A stretch of DNA of 53,610 nt from Snowella sp. (GCA_035285545.1 JAYKGY010000062.1:1-53610); one strand, 5' to 3'. Positions 1 to 11,300 are shown, counted from the stretch's first letter. Numbers and translations: made by a program. The notes: a model not told the origin generated them from the letters alone.

Positions 1-162
1 GAAAATCAATGGAAAGTTCTCTTAAAGGCGGATATTTCCCATTTAGGCGGAGATTGAAACCCCGCGATCGCCCAACAAGTTAAGGAATTCTTCAACGGGT
101 CTTCTCCTGATTATGAGATGATTAAGAAATATTACTAAATAAAGCTTGTAAGGAAAAATAAT

Positions 163-498
163 ATGGCTGAAATTCAATTTTCCCGTGGTGTTAAAGAGGA
201 TGTCATTCCAGAGGTTCGGTTAACGCGATCGCGGACTGGACAAAGCGGCACAGCAAAATTTTATTTCAATGAACCCAAAATTTTCGCCAAAGATAGCACC
301 GATGAAATTACCGGAATGTATCTCGTTGATGAAGAAGGGGAAATTGTCACACGGGAGGTTCAAGGAAAGTTTGTAAACGGTCGGGCAACCGCGATCGAAG
401 CAACCTTAAAAATGGGTTCTCAAGCCGAATGGGAGCGGTTTATGCGTTTTATGGAACGTTATGGTGAAGAAAATGGGTTAGGTTTTACCAGTGCTTAA
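163..498 (+). CDS. psb28: Photosystem II reaction center protein Psb28
   Basis: 111-aa [34 protein letters not shown], characteristic of Psb28. Confidence 0.95.
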   Translation: MAEIQFSRGVKEDVIPEVRLTRSRTGQSGTAKFYFNEPKIFAKDSTDEITGMYLVDEEGEIVTREVQGKFVNGRATAIEATLKMGSQAEWERFMRFMERYGEENGLGFTSA

Positions 499-542
499 AT
501 AACGGTTACCGAATCGTCACAGTCAGCAAATTTAACTCATTT

Positions 543-579
543 AAAAGGAGGATTGAAAATTAGTAATCAACCCTCCCTT
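543..579. terminator. Probable bidirectional terminator hairpin between convergent genes
   Basis: Imperfect inverted repeat GGAGGATTGA...TCAACCCTCC between psb28 and the SH3 gene. Confidence 0.45.
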
Positions 580-613
580 ATTATTTAGTCATTTAATCAA
601 TTAACTCTGCCAA

Positions 614-1132
614 CTATTCTTCTTTTTTAAAATTTCCAGCTTTCACCCAACCTTCTTGGCCCGATTCCGGCGATCGCACCTTTGCCCAAGTTCCATCCGC
701 ATTCGTTTCTAAGACAATTAGATTGGCGTTATAACCAACTCCCCCCACGCGCTCAGCATCCGTATTCGGATTAGCCCGCAAACTCAAGCCGCTTGACCAA
801 GTAACTTTTGCTTTATAGGCTCCCTGGGGTAATGCTTCTTCCTTAGCCTGGGGCGAAGGGGTAGGAGAAGGAGAAGGTTTTGCTTCAGCCTTACTCTCAG
901 GACTCGATGCTGCTTCCGGTTTTGCTTTCGCTTCAGATTTTTCGGTTGCCTTCTTTTCCTTGGGGGCTTCCTTCACTGCTGCCTTATTTTCTTCTGTAAA
1001 GGTGGGTTTGGGTGGGGTAGCGGCTAATCGAGAAAACATTAAATAGCCTAAGAGAGATGTTGCGCCTAATAGGGCAAAAATTCCCAAGAAAAAACCTAAA
1101 ATAAACTGTAGTAAACCCGAAAACCGTTTCAT
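614..1132 (-). CDS. Membrane-anchored bacterial SH3 domain protein
   Basis: N-terminal TM helix, Pro/Lys/Glu-rich linker, C-terminal GLSLRANP..GWVKAGN SH3b motif. Confidence 0.85.
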   Translation of the reverse strand: MKRFSGLLQFILGFFLGIFALLGATSLLGYLMFSRLAATPPKPTFTEENKAAVKEAPKEKKATEKSEAKAKPEAASSPESKAEAKPSPSPTPSPQAKEEALPQGAYKAKVTWSSGLSLRANPNTDAERVGGVGYNANLIVLETNADGTWAKVRSPESGQEGWVKAGNFKKEE

Positions 1133-1177
1133 AGCCTTTAAACTGTAAATTATTAAAATAATATCAATCTTAGTTCA

Positions 1178-2689
1178 TTAGTTCATAGAAGTTTGAATCC
1201 GCCCAAACCGGCTGTCACGAGAGGCTAGTCTGGCCTTACCTGCGGCGGCCCAATCCTGTAAAAATTGAATTTGTTCTTGGGCAGTTCGGGCAAGGGGGAT
1301 AATTTGACTCGCGGCTTCTAGGATATCTTCCGTGACAAAATCACGGTTCTGGCTAAAACCAATGTGCATGGCTTCAATCAGGGTTTGCTCGATTTCTGCC
1401 CCCGAAAAATCTGGGGTTTCATAGGCAAGCCGTTTAATATCATAGTTTTTAATATTGTGAAGACGCAATCGAGATAAATGGACGTGGAAAATCGCTTCTC
1501 GTTCCTCCTGAGTTGGCAAGCCCACAAAAAAGATCTCATCAAAACGCCCTTTTCTCAGCATTTCGGGGGGCAAAGCTTGAATATTATTGGCAGTTGCCAC
1601 CACAAAAACGGGTGAGGATTTTTCGGCAAGCCAGGTAATAAAAGTTCCAAAAACCCGACTAGTGGTTCCCCCATCACCTTTTCCTTCGATTCCAGCAAAG
1701 GCTTTATCAATTTCATCAATCCAGAGAACGCAGGGAGCTAGGGCTTCGGCTAAACTAATCATTTGGCGAGTACGAGATTCCGATTCTCCGACTAATCCTG
1801 CAAACAAGCGACCCACATCGAGGCGTAATAGGGGTAAGTGCCAATGGTGGGAAATGGCCTTTGCTGTTAAGGATTTGCCTGTACCTTGAATCCCCACAAG
1901 TAACAAACCTCTGGGATGGGGTAAGCCGTAGGAACGGGCGCGATCGCTGAAGGAATTTCCTCTTCTCAGCAACCAATCTTTGAGATTATCTAAGCCGCCA
2001 ATATCGGTAATTTGTTCAGTGGCAGGGTAAAAATCTAAAATTTGGGTTTGACGAATGGATTGGCGTTTTTCTTCTAAAATTAATTCCACGTCTTCGGCTT
2101 CAATCTGCCCATGACTGGCCAAACAACGGGTTAACACACGGCGAATACGCTCTAAAGATAGCCCTTGAGCAGAACGGGTCAGTTCATCAATTAATTTCTC
2201 ATTCACTGATTGTCCTGTAGAAGCCAGTAGCCGTTGAATTTCTCGGCGAATCTCCTCTGCACTGGGTAGGGGAAAATCTACCACCGTTAAGACTTCTGTT
2301 AAGTCTGAGGGAATTTGTACTTGGGGAGAAACAATAACAATATTTTTCGGTTGGGATTTTAATTTTCGGGCTAAATTTCGTAGTTTTCGGGATACCGATA
2401 CATCTTCTAGGAAACGGTGAAAATCTCGCAAAATAAAAACACCACCGACTTTTTCGGGTAATTTTTCAATGAATTCTAACGCTTGTAAGGGATTGCGTTT
2501 ACCGACATTTTCGTTATTGGGATTATCCTGATAGCCATCCACAAAGTCCCAAATATAAACCGCCCGACTTCCTAAATTTCTCGCACAGTCAGCGATCGAG
2601 GTTTCAACCCGTTCTTCTTCGAGGGTGGGAATATAAATGAGCGGGTAACAGGCTCTCAGCAGTAATTCAAACTCGTTACTAAAACTCAT
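1178..2689 (-). CDS. ycf46: Ycf46-family AAA+ ATPase
   Basis: GIQGTGKS Walker A, WIDEIDK Walker [13 protein letters not shown]; start placed at ATG (MSFSNEF). Confidence 0.88.
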   Translation of the reverse strand: MSFSNEFELLLRACYPLIYIPTLEEERVETSIADCARNLGSRAVYIWDFVDGYQDNPNNENVGKRNPLQALEFIEKLPEKVGGVFILRDFHRFLEDVSVSRKLRNLARKLKSQPKNIVIVSPQVQIPSDLTEVLTVVDFPLPSAEEIRREIQRLLASTGQSVNEKLIDELTRSAQGLSLERIRRVLTRCLASHGQIEAEDVELILEEKRQSIRQTQILDFYPATEQITDIGGLDNLKDWLLRRGNSFSDRARSYGLPHPRGLLLVGIQGTGKSLTAKAISHHWHLPLLRLDVGRLFAGLVGESESRTRQMISLAEALAPCVLWIDEIDKAFAGIEGKGDGGTTSRVFGTFITWLAEKSSPVFVVATANNIQALPPEMLRKGRFDEIFFVGLPTQEEREAIFHVHLSRLRLHNIKNYDIKRLAYETPDFSGAEIEQTLIEAMHIGFSQNRDFVTEDILEAASQIIPLARTAQEQIQFLQDWAAAGKARLASRDSRFGRIQTSMN

Positions 2690-2716
2690 GTTCAAAGCTT
2701 ATTGACACTAAGTGGA

Positions 2717-2916
2717 TTAAACAGCAATCAGTTTACCCCGAACAGATGGTTCAGGAATGGCTTGCCCTTCTTCTCTTAGCGTATCAATATACAACGCGAT
2801 CGCTTCTTGAATGTTCGTTTTTATTGATTCTAAGCTTTTTCCCGTTGAAACACACCCAGGTAAATCAGGAACATAGGCAAAATAGTTATTATTTGCCCAT
2901 CGAGATATTCTTGCAT
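2717..2916 (-). pseudogene. hicB: Frameshifted HicB-family antitoxin
   Basis: Minus strand reads MQEYL, then shifts frame into WANNNYFAYVPDLPGCVSTGKSLESIKTNIQEAIALYIDTLREEGQAIPEP; ATG-to-stop length of 200 nt is not a multiple of 3. Confidence 0.8.
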
Positions 2917-3047
2917 CACGGATCCTCTAGTTGGGCTTGCTTCCAAATGCTTTTTAGGGTGCCAAGTACTACTTCATCCGAAAAGTGACTTGATACTACC
3001 ACTATAACTGGCTTTATCGGATGTTTAAAAACACGATGGCTACTGGT
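2916..3047 (-). pseudogene. hicA: 5'-truncated HicA-family toxin
   Basis: SSHRVFKHPIKPVIVVVSSHFSDEVVLGTLKSIWKQAQLEDP*; in-frame stop upstream and no start codon; stop overlaps the hicB ATG (TGATG). Confidence 0.8.
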
Positions 3048-3172
3048 GAAGTTCGACGGCTGACACTAACTTTAGGCAAAACGCCGAGATAAGAACATTT
3101 GTTCACAATACTTGCAAGCATACTGCTTTGACAGTAGCATGGGTACCTAGTTTTAGTTTCGCGCCCGAAAGC

Positions 3173-4603
3173 ATGACTACCCAATACCTCTCTGTAAAAG
3201 AAACCTCTGAAATCTTAAACTGCTCGGAGCAATATGTACGTCAGCTACTCCGGTATGGCGAAATCAGCGGGGAAAGGATTAGTAGTCGGTGGATTGTAGC
3301 ATCAGAGTCTGTTCAGAGCTACCGTCTCAAAGGAGAGGATATAAGCTTAAAAATCCCTGATCATGGGCGACGCTCGTTTAGCAAACCTAAACTAAAAGCT
3401 TTGAGCTTTTTTTCTGGCTGCATGGGTCTGGACTTGGGACTAGAAAAAGAAGGCATCCAAGTACTACTTGCTTGTGAAATTGATGCAGCTGCTCGAAAAA
3501 CGATTGAGATCAATCGACCAGATATGGCATTAATTGGGGATATTCGAGATTACTCAGCCACAGAAATTCGAGAAAAAGCAGGACTGAGTTCAACTGATGA
3601 GATTGATGTAATCGTTGGCGGACCGCCGTGCCAAGCCTTTAGCAGTGCGGGAAAGCGCCAAGGATTTAATGATGAACGAGGCAATGTCTTCTTGACATTT
3701 ATCGATTTAATCACTGAGCTTAAACCGAGATTTGCAGTTATTGAAAATGTTCGAGGATTATTATCTGCTCCGTTGAAGCATAGACCTCACGAAATGCGAG
3801 GAAAAAATTTCCCCCCCTTGTCTCAGGATGAGCAAAGAGGCGGTGCCCTGCTTTTTATCATTCAACGGCTCAGGAAGGCTGGGTATGGCATCTCCTTTAA
3901 CCTGTACAATGCTGCTAATTTTGGATCGCCACAACAACGGGAAAGGGTCGTCATTGCCTGTAGTCGCGGTGGAGAAAAACTTTCCTACCTCACACCCACT
4001 CATTCAGAAAAAGGTCTATATGGGCTGCCAACCTGGAAAAGTTTACGAGAAGCCTTAGAAGGTCTTCCCAAGGATGGACATCATTTTGTCAAGTTTCCTG
4101 AAAAACGGCTTAAGTATTACAGGTTGCTGAAACCCGGACAATACTGGCGGGACTTACCGGAAGAGCTACATCAAGAGGCACTAGGAGCTTCTTATCATGC
4201 AGGAGGGGGAAAAACAGGTTTTTATCGTAGGTTAGCATGGGATAAACCTGCCCCAACTTTAGTCACTCATCCAGCAATGCCAGCAACTGATCTGGCTCAT
4301 CCAGAGGAAGACAGACCTCTAAGTATTGAAGAATATAAGCGTATTCAAGAATTTCCAGATGATTGGATTATTGCAGGCACCTTACTTGATCAATATCGTC
4401 AAGTTGGCAATGCTGTACCTTGCTCTCTAGGAAGAGCAATCGCTAGGATGTTGCTATCTCGTTTAAGGAATGAACAGCCTATTGCTTATCCAGATTTCCC
4501 CTATTCCCGCTATCATAAAACAGATGATGTTAGTTGGATGAGCGATATGGGCTGCCTTGAAGGTGCTTCAATAAAGCAATTATCTCTTAACTTAGTTCGA
4601 TGA
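3173..4603 (+). CDS. C5-cytosine DNA methyltransferase with N-terminal excisionase-type HTH
   Basis: FSGCMG (motif I), GGPPCQ (IV), ENV (VI), QQRERV (VIII), QVGNAV (X); N-terminus YLSVKETSEILNCSEQYVRQLLRYGEI is HTH-like; ATG at 3173 preferred over TTG at 3128. Confidence 0.93.
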   Translation: MTTQYLSVKETSEILNCSEQYVRQLLRYGEISGERISSRWIVASESVQSYRLKGEDISLKIPDHGRRSFSKPKLKALSFFSGCMGLDLGLEKEGIQVLLACEIDAAARKTIEINRPDMALIGDIRDYSATEIREKAGLSSTDEIDVIVGGPPCQAFSSAGKRQGFNDERGNVFLTFIDLITELKPRFAVIENVRGLLSAPLKHRPHEMRGKNFPPLSQDEQRGGALLFIIQRLRKAGYGISFNLYNAANFGSPQQRERVVIACSRGGEKLSYLTPTHSEKGLYGLPTWKSLREALEGLPKDGHHFVKFPEKRLKYYRLLKPGQYWRDLPEELHQEALGASYHAGGGKTGFYRRLAWDKPAPTLVTHPAMPATDLAHPEEDRPLSIEEYKRIQEFPDDWIIAGTLLDQYRQVGNAVPCSLGRAIARMLLSRLRNEQPIAYPDFPYSRYHKTDDVSWMSDMGCLEGASIKQLSLNLVR

Positions 4604-5344
4604 ATCCGATAAATCCTTCCAAGGATTGTCTACCTCAATGGCTAAGGCATCTGGATTGCGGATTAGAACCTGTTGAACAAAGGTAACGAAGTTTTCTTCT
4701 GAAAAGCGATCCGTGTTGTACTTGTTGTTGAAATAAGACCATCTATAGGAACCTGTTCTAGCATCAACCCGATACCATTTTTCAATGGGCTGATTAATTC
4801 TTACTCTGGAAGATGAGCTGTTTTCCGAGTTGCTACGGTTTTTGACCTGTAAAAGAGAACCGTCAACATTGCAAAAATCTACGTGCCGAACAGATTCTCC
4901 CCAACAACAATACCAACCATAATCAGCGAGTTGCTCAGCCAGAAACTCCTCTAGTAATAGTCCTTGGATATTTTCGGCAGACATCGATAACCTATGAGCA
5001 TATTTGATTTGCTCAAGATGCTCTGTTGTTAGTCCGGTCAATCGAGCGTTGATGATCATATCAACAATTGGATCGGCTACTGTGCCTGGGAGTTTTGAGA
5101 TTCGTCTTGAAATTCGATTTTCGTAGCTATCGTTATACTTCTTTAACCAAGTCTTTGCTAGCATCTCTGAGGTGCTGGCTTTTAGGGTTGGAGAAAGTCC
5201 TGGATTTCTGTAGCAGGCTGAGAGAATCGTTCGGTACGCTTCAAGTAATGGCTGATCTTGCTGAGAGAACGCATCTTCAAAAATCTTTAAAAAGTTTTCT
5301 TCAGAGCTTGAAGTGCTAATAATGCTATCGAAGTTAACAGGCAT
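4592..5344 (-). CDS. SinI-family type II restriction endonuclease (probably GGWCC)
   Basis: HRLSMSAENIQGLLLEE..VDFC..LQVKNRSNSENSSS motifs; convergent with and overlapping the methyltransferase gene. Confidence 0.8.
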   Translation of the reverse strand: MPVNFDSIISTSSSEENFLKIFEDAFSQQDQPLLEAYRTILSACYRNPGLSPTLKASTSEMLAKTWLKKYNDSYENRISRRISKLPGTVADPIVDMIINARLTGLTTEHLEQIKYAHRLSMSAENIQGLLLEEFLAEQLADYGWYCCWGESVRHVDFCNVDGSLLQVKNRSNSENSSSSRVRINQPIEKWYRVDARTGSYRWSYFNNKYNTDRFSEENFVTFVQQVLIRNPDALAIEVDNPWKDLSDSSN

Positions 5345-5570
5345 CTAAAAATTTTCCCTCTAAACAGACAAATCATGCAACAAAAATGTCCACAATTGTA
5401 CGCCACAGTGATTTTCCCGGATTTGCTCTTCAGAGATTAAACAGTTATTCTCGAACAGGCAAGATCTCGGCTGAGGCAGTAGCCGAGACTTAAGGCCATT
5501 GAACCCGCATTCTGGATTGATACCATCCATCAGTGTCTAATCGCTTAATCACTTGACGGATTTTCATTGT

Positions 5571-6854
5571 TTAGCCGTATTGTTCACTGACATCGAGGTC
5601 AAACAGCATTTGTAACGATTGTAAACAACGCTTACGGGCTTCGATATCCTGTTGAGCGCGCAGTTGTACCATTGGCTCGTGCAGAATCTTGTTAACAATG
5701 CCTCTGGTTAAAGCTTCGATGACTTCTTGATGTTTTTCAGCAAATTCTGTGCCTAAGCGAGAAAGGGCTTTTTCTAATTCCTGTTCCCGAATATCTTCCA
5801 CTTTACTTCTTAGGGAACTAATGGTCGGAACCGTATCCAGCGATCGCCACCACAGTTCAAAGGATTCGACTTCTTCTTCTAACAGCACTTCGGCTTCCTG
5901 GGCCATTTTGCGACGGCTTGCATGGTTTTGGGCCACAACGGCTTTTAAATCGTCCACATTAAACGCAACAACTCCCGCCATGCCATGAACATCGGAATCC
6001 ACGTTACGGGGAACAGAAATATCCACCAACATCACCGATTGGGTTTCTTGAACACAGGTCGTTAAGTTAGCCCGATTTAAAATGGGTTCCGTCGCGCCCG
6101 TACTGGTAAAGACAATATCCGACTGTCCCACAATACTCAACATTTCCGTTAAGGGTTGAAGATTCAAGGTCGCTTGGGGGAATTGGGCGGCTAATTCTTC
6201 GGAACGACGATGGGAGCGGTTCACAATGGTGATATCAGTCGCGCCTTTGGCTAACAGGTGTTTGACCAATAAGCAGGACATTTTCCCTGCCCCGATGATG
6301 GCAACTTTTTGGGTAGTTAGATCAACTTTGGTGTGAACCAGTTCTACGGCTGCCGAACTAATGGAAACGGCTCCAGTACCAATGCTGGTTTCAGTGCGGA
6401 CTCTGCGTCCTGCGGTAATGGCTTGTTTAAATAAACGGTCTAGTAAACGGTTAATGCCTTTATATTTTTGCCCTAATTTGTGGGTATTGCGAACCTGGGC
6501 GAGGATTTGTCCTTCCCCTAAGACTAAGCTTTCTAAGCCGCCTGCAACGCGCATGAGGTGACGAACCGCATCTTGATGTAAAAGGGTGAATAAATAACGT
6601 CTAAGTTGCTGTAGCTGGATATGACCGATTTCTGATAAAAATTGCGTGATCTCAGTAACGCCCTTTTCTGTTTCGGTAACGACCGCGTAAATTTCGAGTC
6701 GATTACAGGTGCTGATAATGGCGACCTCTTCGATATGGGGATAGCTGCGTAAATGGGCGATCGCGTCTTCTAATTTCGCTTCCTGAATACTGAGTTTTTC
6801 ACGAATTTCAACAGGGGCTGTTTTATGGCTCAGTCCCACAACGGCAATATTCAT
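5571..6854 (-). CDS. hemA: Glutamyl-tRNA reductase
   Basis: [37 protein letters not shown]. Confidence 0.97.
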   Translation of the reverse strand: MNIAVVGLSHKTAPVEIREKLSIQEAKLEDAIAHLRSYPHIEEVAIISTCNRLEIYAVVTETEKGVTEITQFLSEIGHIQLQQLRRYLFTLLHQDAVRHLMRVAGGLESLVLGEGQILAQVRNTHKLGQKYKGINRLLDRLFKQAITAGRRVRTETSIGTGAVSISSAAVELVHTKVDLTTQKVAIIGAGKMSCLLVKHLLAKGATDITIVNRSHRRSEELAAQFPQATLNLQPLTEMLSIVGQSDIVFTSTGATEPILNRANLTTCVQETQSVMLVDISVPRNVDSDVHGMAGVVAFNVDDLKAVVAQNHASRRKMAQEAEVLLEEEVESFELWWRSLDTVPTISSLRSKVEDIREQELEKALSRLGTEFAEKHQEVIEALTRGIVNKILHEPMVQLRAQQDIEARKRCLQSLQMLFDLDVSEQYG

Positions 6855-7077
6855 GGGTTCTCCTAAGGATTCTTATCGTTTGGATAATTAACGATAGTCG
6901 TTAAAAAAATGTTTATCTCTATATGTTTGAAATGTAGACCGAATCGGGCTTCAGGACAAGGGGCTTTGTCCATAACTCTATGAAATTTTGTTAAGAAATA
7001 AACGTCTAACGACTATAAGGAAGTCAATATTTTGGGATCTCGACGGCGATCGCTGTTATTAGGGGTCAGTCAGGAAA

Positions 7078-7797
7078 TTAACGCAAATAACCATCTTCTA
7101 ATTCCACAATCCGATCCGCCACATCTAAAATCCGGTTATCGTGGGTCACAATTAAAATCGTTGAGCCTTGTTCCTGGGCTAAGCGTTGCATCAGTACGAC
7201 GACATCGTGCCCGGATTTACTATCTAAGGCGGCAGTCGGTTCGTCGGCTAAAATCATTTTGGGATGGCTGACCAGTGCCCTGGCGATCGCGACCCGTTGT
7301 TTTTGTCCGCCGGATAAATTGTGGGGATAGTAATTAATATGTTGCCCTAAGCCGACCGCTTCTAACATGGCAATGGATAATTCTTTCGCTTCCCGTGAAG
7401 AGTATTGGGGATGTAATTCAATGGACATTTGTACATTTTGTCGTGCGGTCAGGGATTCCAATAAATTATGGGCTTGGAAAATATAACCAATATGCCGACG
7501 GGTTTTCACTAAGTCCTGCTTTCTTGCACCGACTAATTCTTTGCCAAAGACTTTTAAACTGCCAGATTGGGGCGATCGCAAGCCGCCCATTAGGGTTAAC
7601 AACGTCGTTTTTCCTGACCCCGATGGGCCTTTCAGAATTACCACTTCCCCTTTATTGAGCGTTAAATGAATATCAAACAAAATTTGTTTTTTGAGCGCGC
7701 CTTCCCCATAAAAATGATTGAGATCGGCGATCGCAACTACAGCCTCATTATTTTCATTGTCCTGGGTTACGCTCACATTCGGTAAAAGTATCTGCAT
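7078..7797 (-). CDS. devA: DevA-family ABC transporter ATP-binding protein
   Basis: GPSGSGKT, LSGGQKQRVAIARA, ADEPT; in operon with devB/devC-like genes. Confidence 0.85.
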   Translation of the reverse strand: MQILLPNVSVTQDNENNEAVVAIADLNHFYGEGALKKQILFDIHLTLNKGEVVILKGPSGSGKTTLLTLMGGLRSPQSGSLKVFGKELVGARKQDLVKTRRHIGYIFQAHNLLESLTARQNVQMSIELHPQYSSREAKELSIAMLEAVGLGQHINYYPHNLSGGQKQRVAIARALVSHPKMILADEPTAALDSKSGHDVVVLMQRLAQEQGSTILIVTHDNRILDVADRIVELEDGYLR

Positions 7798-7815
7798 AAA
7801 TCGATTGACAACTCC

Positions 7816-8970
7816 CTAAAAAATATCAGCCGGATCGGCCGCTCGTAATTTCCCGACCGCGATCGCCCCCGAAATCGTACACATAATCATGGTTAAAATT
7901 AAAACCGTTGTCGCCCTAGAAACCGTCATAATCAGGGGTAAGCCGGTTGCCCTTGCCGTATTCGCGTAAAACAGCATAGAAATCCCTAAACTGGGCAGAA
8001 AACCAATAACCGCTAACAACAGAGCTTCCTGGAATACCACCATTAATAAATAATTATCCCCATAGCCCATCGCTTTTAACGTGGCATATTCCGGTAAATG
8101 ATCCGCCACATCGGTATAGAGAATTTGGTAAACAATCACCGTTCCCACAATGAAACCCATCGCCGTTCCTAACCCAAAAATAAAACCGATGGTGGTGCGT
8201 TTTTCCCAATAATTTCTTTCGTGTTGGACTAATCCGGCTTTCGTAAAAACCTGAACATCCTTATTCGTCCCTAATTTATCCTTAATCGTTTGATAGACCG
8301 CATTCACATCAGCAGTTGGTTCTACCTGAATAACCCCAACATCAATTAACCCTTTAGAACGGTTGGGAAAAATTCGGAAAAAATTGACATCACTGGTAAT
8401 GACCGTTCCATCTGCCCCAAACGACCCGCCTAGCTCAAATAATCCGCCTACTTGAATGCGACGGTTGCCAATTTCCGTCTTGACTGTCTCACCGGATTCA
8501 AATTGTTTTTTAATCGGGCCAAATTCAGCACGGGATTTGGCATCAAATAGAATGACATCCGGTTGCTTGATGATGGGTAAAATCTCCTCAACGCCTGATA
8601 GGGTAAAGAGATTATTAACCGGATTCACCCCCACCACAAAAATTCGCCGAGAACCTTTTGTTTCAGGATTTTTCCAATCCGTCACATTAATATACAGCGG
8701 ACTAACATTTTTAACCCCCTCAATACCCATGACTTCGTAGAGTCGCCGCGAGGAAAAACTTCTGCCCCCCACTAAGCTGTCAGTTTTGGTGTGGAGAATA
8801 AAAATATCGCCCTGTAAACTGTTATGGAGACGAACCGAACTATCAAAGAGGGCGTTTTTAAAGCCTAATTGGATAAACATCAAAATATCTGCAAAGGCGA
8901 TTCCCGCTAAAGCAACGGCTAAGCGCATCTTTTCGTGGGTGAGTTGAAGCCAGGACAGGGGAATTTTCAT
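7816..8970 (-). CDS. devC: DevC-family ABC transporter permease
   Basis: LAGIAFADILMFIQLGF..EYATLKAMGY..ADPADIF. Confidence 0.88.
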   Translation of the reverse strand: MKIPLSWLQLTHEKMRLAVALAGIAFADILMFIQLGFKNALFDSSVRLHNSLQGDIFILHTKTDSLVGGRSFSSRRLYEVMGIEGVKNVSPLYINVTDWKNPETKGSRRIFVVGVNPVNNLFTLSGVEEILPIIKQPDVILFDAKSRAEFGPIKKQFESGETVKTEIGNRRIQVGGLFELGGSFGADGTVITSDVNFFRIFPNRSKGLIDVGVIQVEPTADVNAVYQTIKDKLGTNKDVQVFTKAGLVQHERNYWEKRTTIGFIFGLGTAMGFIVGTVIVYQILYTDVADHLPEYATLKAMGYGDNYLLMVVFQEALLLAVIGFLPSLGISMLFYANTARATGLPLIMTVSRATTVLILTMIMCTISGAIAVGKLRAADPADIF

Positions 8971-9004
8971 GTTAAAAATTTACATTAGGGGTAAATAAGC
9001 TCAA

Positions 9005-10327
9005 TTAGGGCAAAATTTTCACTAAAACGTTGGCGTAGGTTAAACCGGCGACTTTTTTGCTGGATTCGGGACTCAAGAGGATTTTGACCTCAACAACCCG
9101 TGCATCGATATCGGCGGATGGATCGCTGTCTAATACATCTTTTTTCCCAACTTTTAGCCCAATGGCTCGCACCTGCCCTTCTAGTTCATCGGGGAAGCTG
9201 CCATTTTCACTCTTGATTAGGGCGTTCTGTCCGGTTTTAATGCGTTGAATATCGCTTTCATAAACTTCGGCAACGACCATCATCTGCTCCGTTCTGCCAA
9301 TATCCGCTACGCCGTCAGCTTCTTTCACTTTTTCACCAGGTCGAGCATAAACTTTTAAGATCTGCCCATCAATAGGAGATTTGACCAGAGCGGTATCAAT
9401 ATTTTCTTTCGCCTCATTAAATTGGGCCAGGGCTAAATTTAGTTCCGATTGAGCTTTCATCACATCGACTTGCCGTACTTCCGCCACTTTAAATAAATTC
9501 GCTTCGGCTTCTCGTGCCTGTTGATAAAGGGTGACTTGATCCTTGTCGGCGATCGCTTTTTGTTCCCGAATTTTTTCTTCTAGGGTTGCTTCCGTTTTCA
9601 TTAATCGCGCTTGGGCTTCTTCTAGCCGTTGTTTGGCCGTTGCCACATTTAGCCCCCGCTGTTCCAATTCTGCTACAGGAAAAGCTCCTTCTTCCGCGAG
9701 AGTCCGATATCGTCGAAAATCATTAGATGCCTGACGTAACTCCGCTTCTAACCGCGCGATCGTGGCTTGTTGCTCGATCTTTTCCCCTTCCAATTCTTTG
9801 ACTAAGCTATTGTAAGCGGCTCTATTAATGGCTTGCTTCTGCTCAAATTCTGCCTTGGAACGATCAAATTCTGCTTTTTGGGCTTGGATCTCTCCCGCTT
9901 TTGCTCCGGCTGTCACAATGGCTAAATTGGCTCTGGCGACCTTCACTGCTTCACGGGCTGTCATTAAAGCCGCCACTTTGCGCTCGTAATCATCCATGAC
10001 CGCAATGACTTGATTCGCCTTAACCTTTGCCCCTTCCGGTACTAATAATCGCGCAATCTTTGCTCCCCCCATACTGGGAGCCGGAGCCAGTTTAATCACT
10101 TCGCCAACGGGTTCAATTCGTCCTAATGCAGAAATTACGCCAGTATCCAGGGATTTTACCGTAGGAGAAGACGGGGGCGTGTTTTCAGAGGCACCCGTTT
10201 TGCTGCTTTTTAATCCGTAAAAAATTGTGCCACCCGTAACCGCTAGACCCAGTACCAAGACGGTCATGATCCATTTTAAGCTGGATTCTGGAAGGGCAGG
10301 TTTAGAAGACTTGAGGGATTCACCCAT
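9005..10327 (-). CDS. devB: DevB/HlyD-family membrane fusion protein
   Basis: ALGRIEP, long coiled coil, AEVYESDI, DARVVEVKI. Confidence 0.87.
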   Translation of the reverse strand: MGESLKSSKPALPESSLKWIMTVLVLGLAVTGGTIFYGLKSSKTGASENTPPSSPTVKSLDTGVISALGRIEPVGEVIKLAPAPSMGGAKIARLLVPEGAKVKANQVIAVMDDYERKVAALMTAREAVKVARANLAIVTAGAKAGEIQAQKAEFDRSKAEFEQKQAINRAAYNSLVKELEGEKIEQQATIARLEAELRQASNDFRRYRTLAEEGAFPVAELEQRGLNVATAKQRLEEAQARLMKTEATLEEKIREQKAIADKDQVTLYQQAREAEANLFKVAEVRQVDVMKAQSELNLALAQFNEAKENIDTALVKSPIDGQILKVYARPGEKVKEADGVADIGRTEQMMVVAEVYESDIQRIKTGQNALIKSENGSFPDELEGQVRAIGLKVGKKDVLDSDPSADIDARVVEVKILLSPESSKKVAGLTYANVLVKILP

Positions 10328-10562
10328 AGCATTGGGAAGGTTGGATTGAATTGTACCGTTTGATGGCTAAATAGCGGGTTAAGTTCCTAAAGAATAAGCT
10401 TTTTGGGAGATTGATTGAATTGCGTTGTCGGAATTCAGAAAATTTGTATGAATCTTGTATCACTCAAAGATGAATGGGTGACATTCGCGCTAGGAACTTG
10501 CTGTTTAATTGTAACGTAAAGTTAAGTAAACAGCTTGGAACAATTCTGTAATCTACGGGATT

Positions 10563-11300
10563 TTAAACGGGAATATCAAACAGAACCTGGGTCATGTAAC
10601 GTTCGGCCCAATCGTCTCCAAAGGCTTTTTCGAGAACCCGACGGGTTTTATCGTTCTGTTGTTGTTTGGTGCAGTAGTAGCGTTGGCCGTTTAAATGCTC
10701 GGTTTGTTCTGGCTCGGATAATTGAGCGGCTTGGGTTGCTTGTTGACAGTGAACTTGTAAAAAATCACTTACTCGGTTTAAAAAGGCTTCTTCTTCTGCG
10801 CGATCGCTGGGTCGAATAAAGAGACAGTACTGAGAAAAAATATCGCCCCATTCAGGTAGGTCACGCATTTGGGAAAATTCTGGTGCAGAAAGTTGATCTA
10901 AGGCTTGACAGTATGCGGTGGATAGGGTTCGTTGTTGATTGGTGGGCGATAAATCGGCGATCGCGGCACTGACCCCCCCTCGACCCGCCACAATATCACA
11001 ACCAAACATCGGTAGGCCATACTCAGGATTGGGAAACATCACACAATGAAGAATATCTAAATTAGTGCCCACCTTGGCCAATTCGAGGTGCATTTTCCGA
11101 AACTGTGGCGTTTGGTAACACCGATTTTCAATTACCAGTTTTTCTCCTTCTAGGCGGCCTTCGATATAGCCCAATCCCTCTGGTAATTCGTAGGGAGATA
11201 ATTGTAAGTATTGATGCCAATTCGCCAGAATGCGATCGGCCAGTTGATGAATCAGGGGATGGAGTTGCTCGCGGAGATCAGGAGAAGAAGTTTCTAACAT
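10563..11300 (-). CDS. pcyA: Phycocyanobilin:ferredoxin oxidoreductase
   Basis: [38 protein letters not shown]; start placed at ATG 11300. Confidence 0.95.
   Translation of the reverse strand: MLETSSPDLREQLHPLIHQLADRILANWHQYLQLSPYELPEGLGYIEGRLEGEKLVIENRCYQTPQFRKMHLELAKVGTNLDILHCVMFPNPEYGLPMFGCDIVAGRGGVSAAIADLSPTNQQRTLSTAYCQALDQLSAPEFSQMRDLPEWGDIFSQYCLFIRPSDRAEEEAFLNRVSDFLQVHCQQATQAAQLSEPEQTEHLNGQRYYCTKQQQNDKTRRVLEKAFGDDWAERYMTQVLFDIPV

Noticed and set aside
31..60. Sequence ending ATTGAAAC, resembling a cyanobacterial CRISPR repeat end
   Set aside because: Single occurrence, no repeat-spacer periodicity, and no cas genes in the window
2746..2988. 80-aa plus-strand ORF
   Set aside because: Shadow of the hicAB remnants on the opposite strand
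5466..5489. Hairpin TCTCGGCT-N8-AGCCGAGA between hemA and the endonuclease gene
   Set aside because: No U tract in either orientation and no second copy; function cannot be assigned
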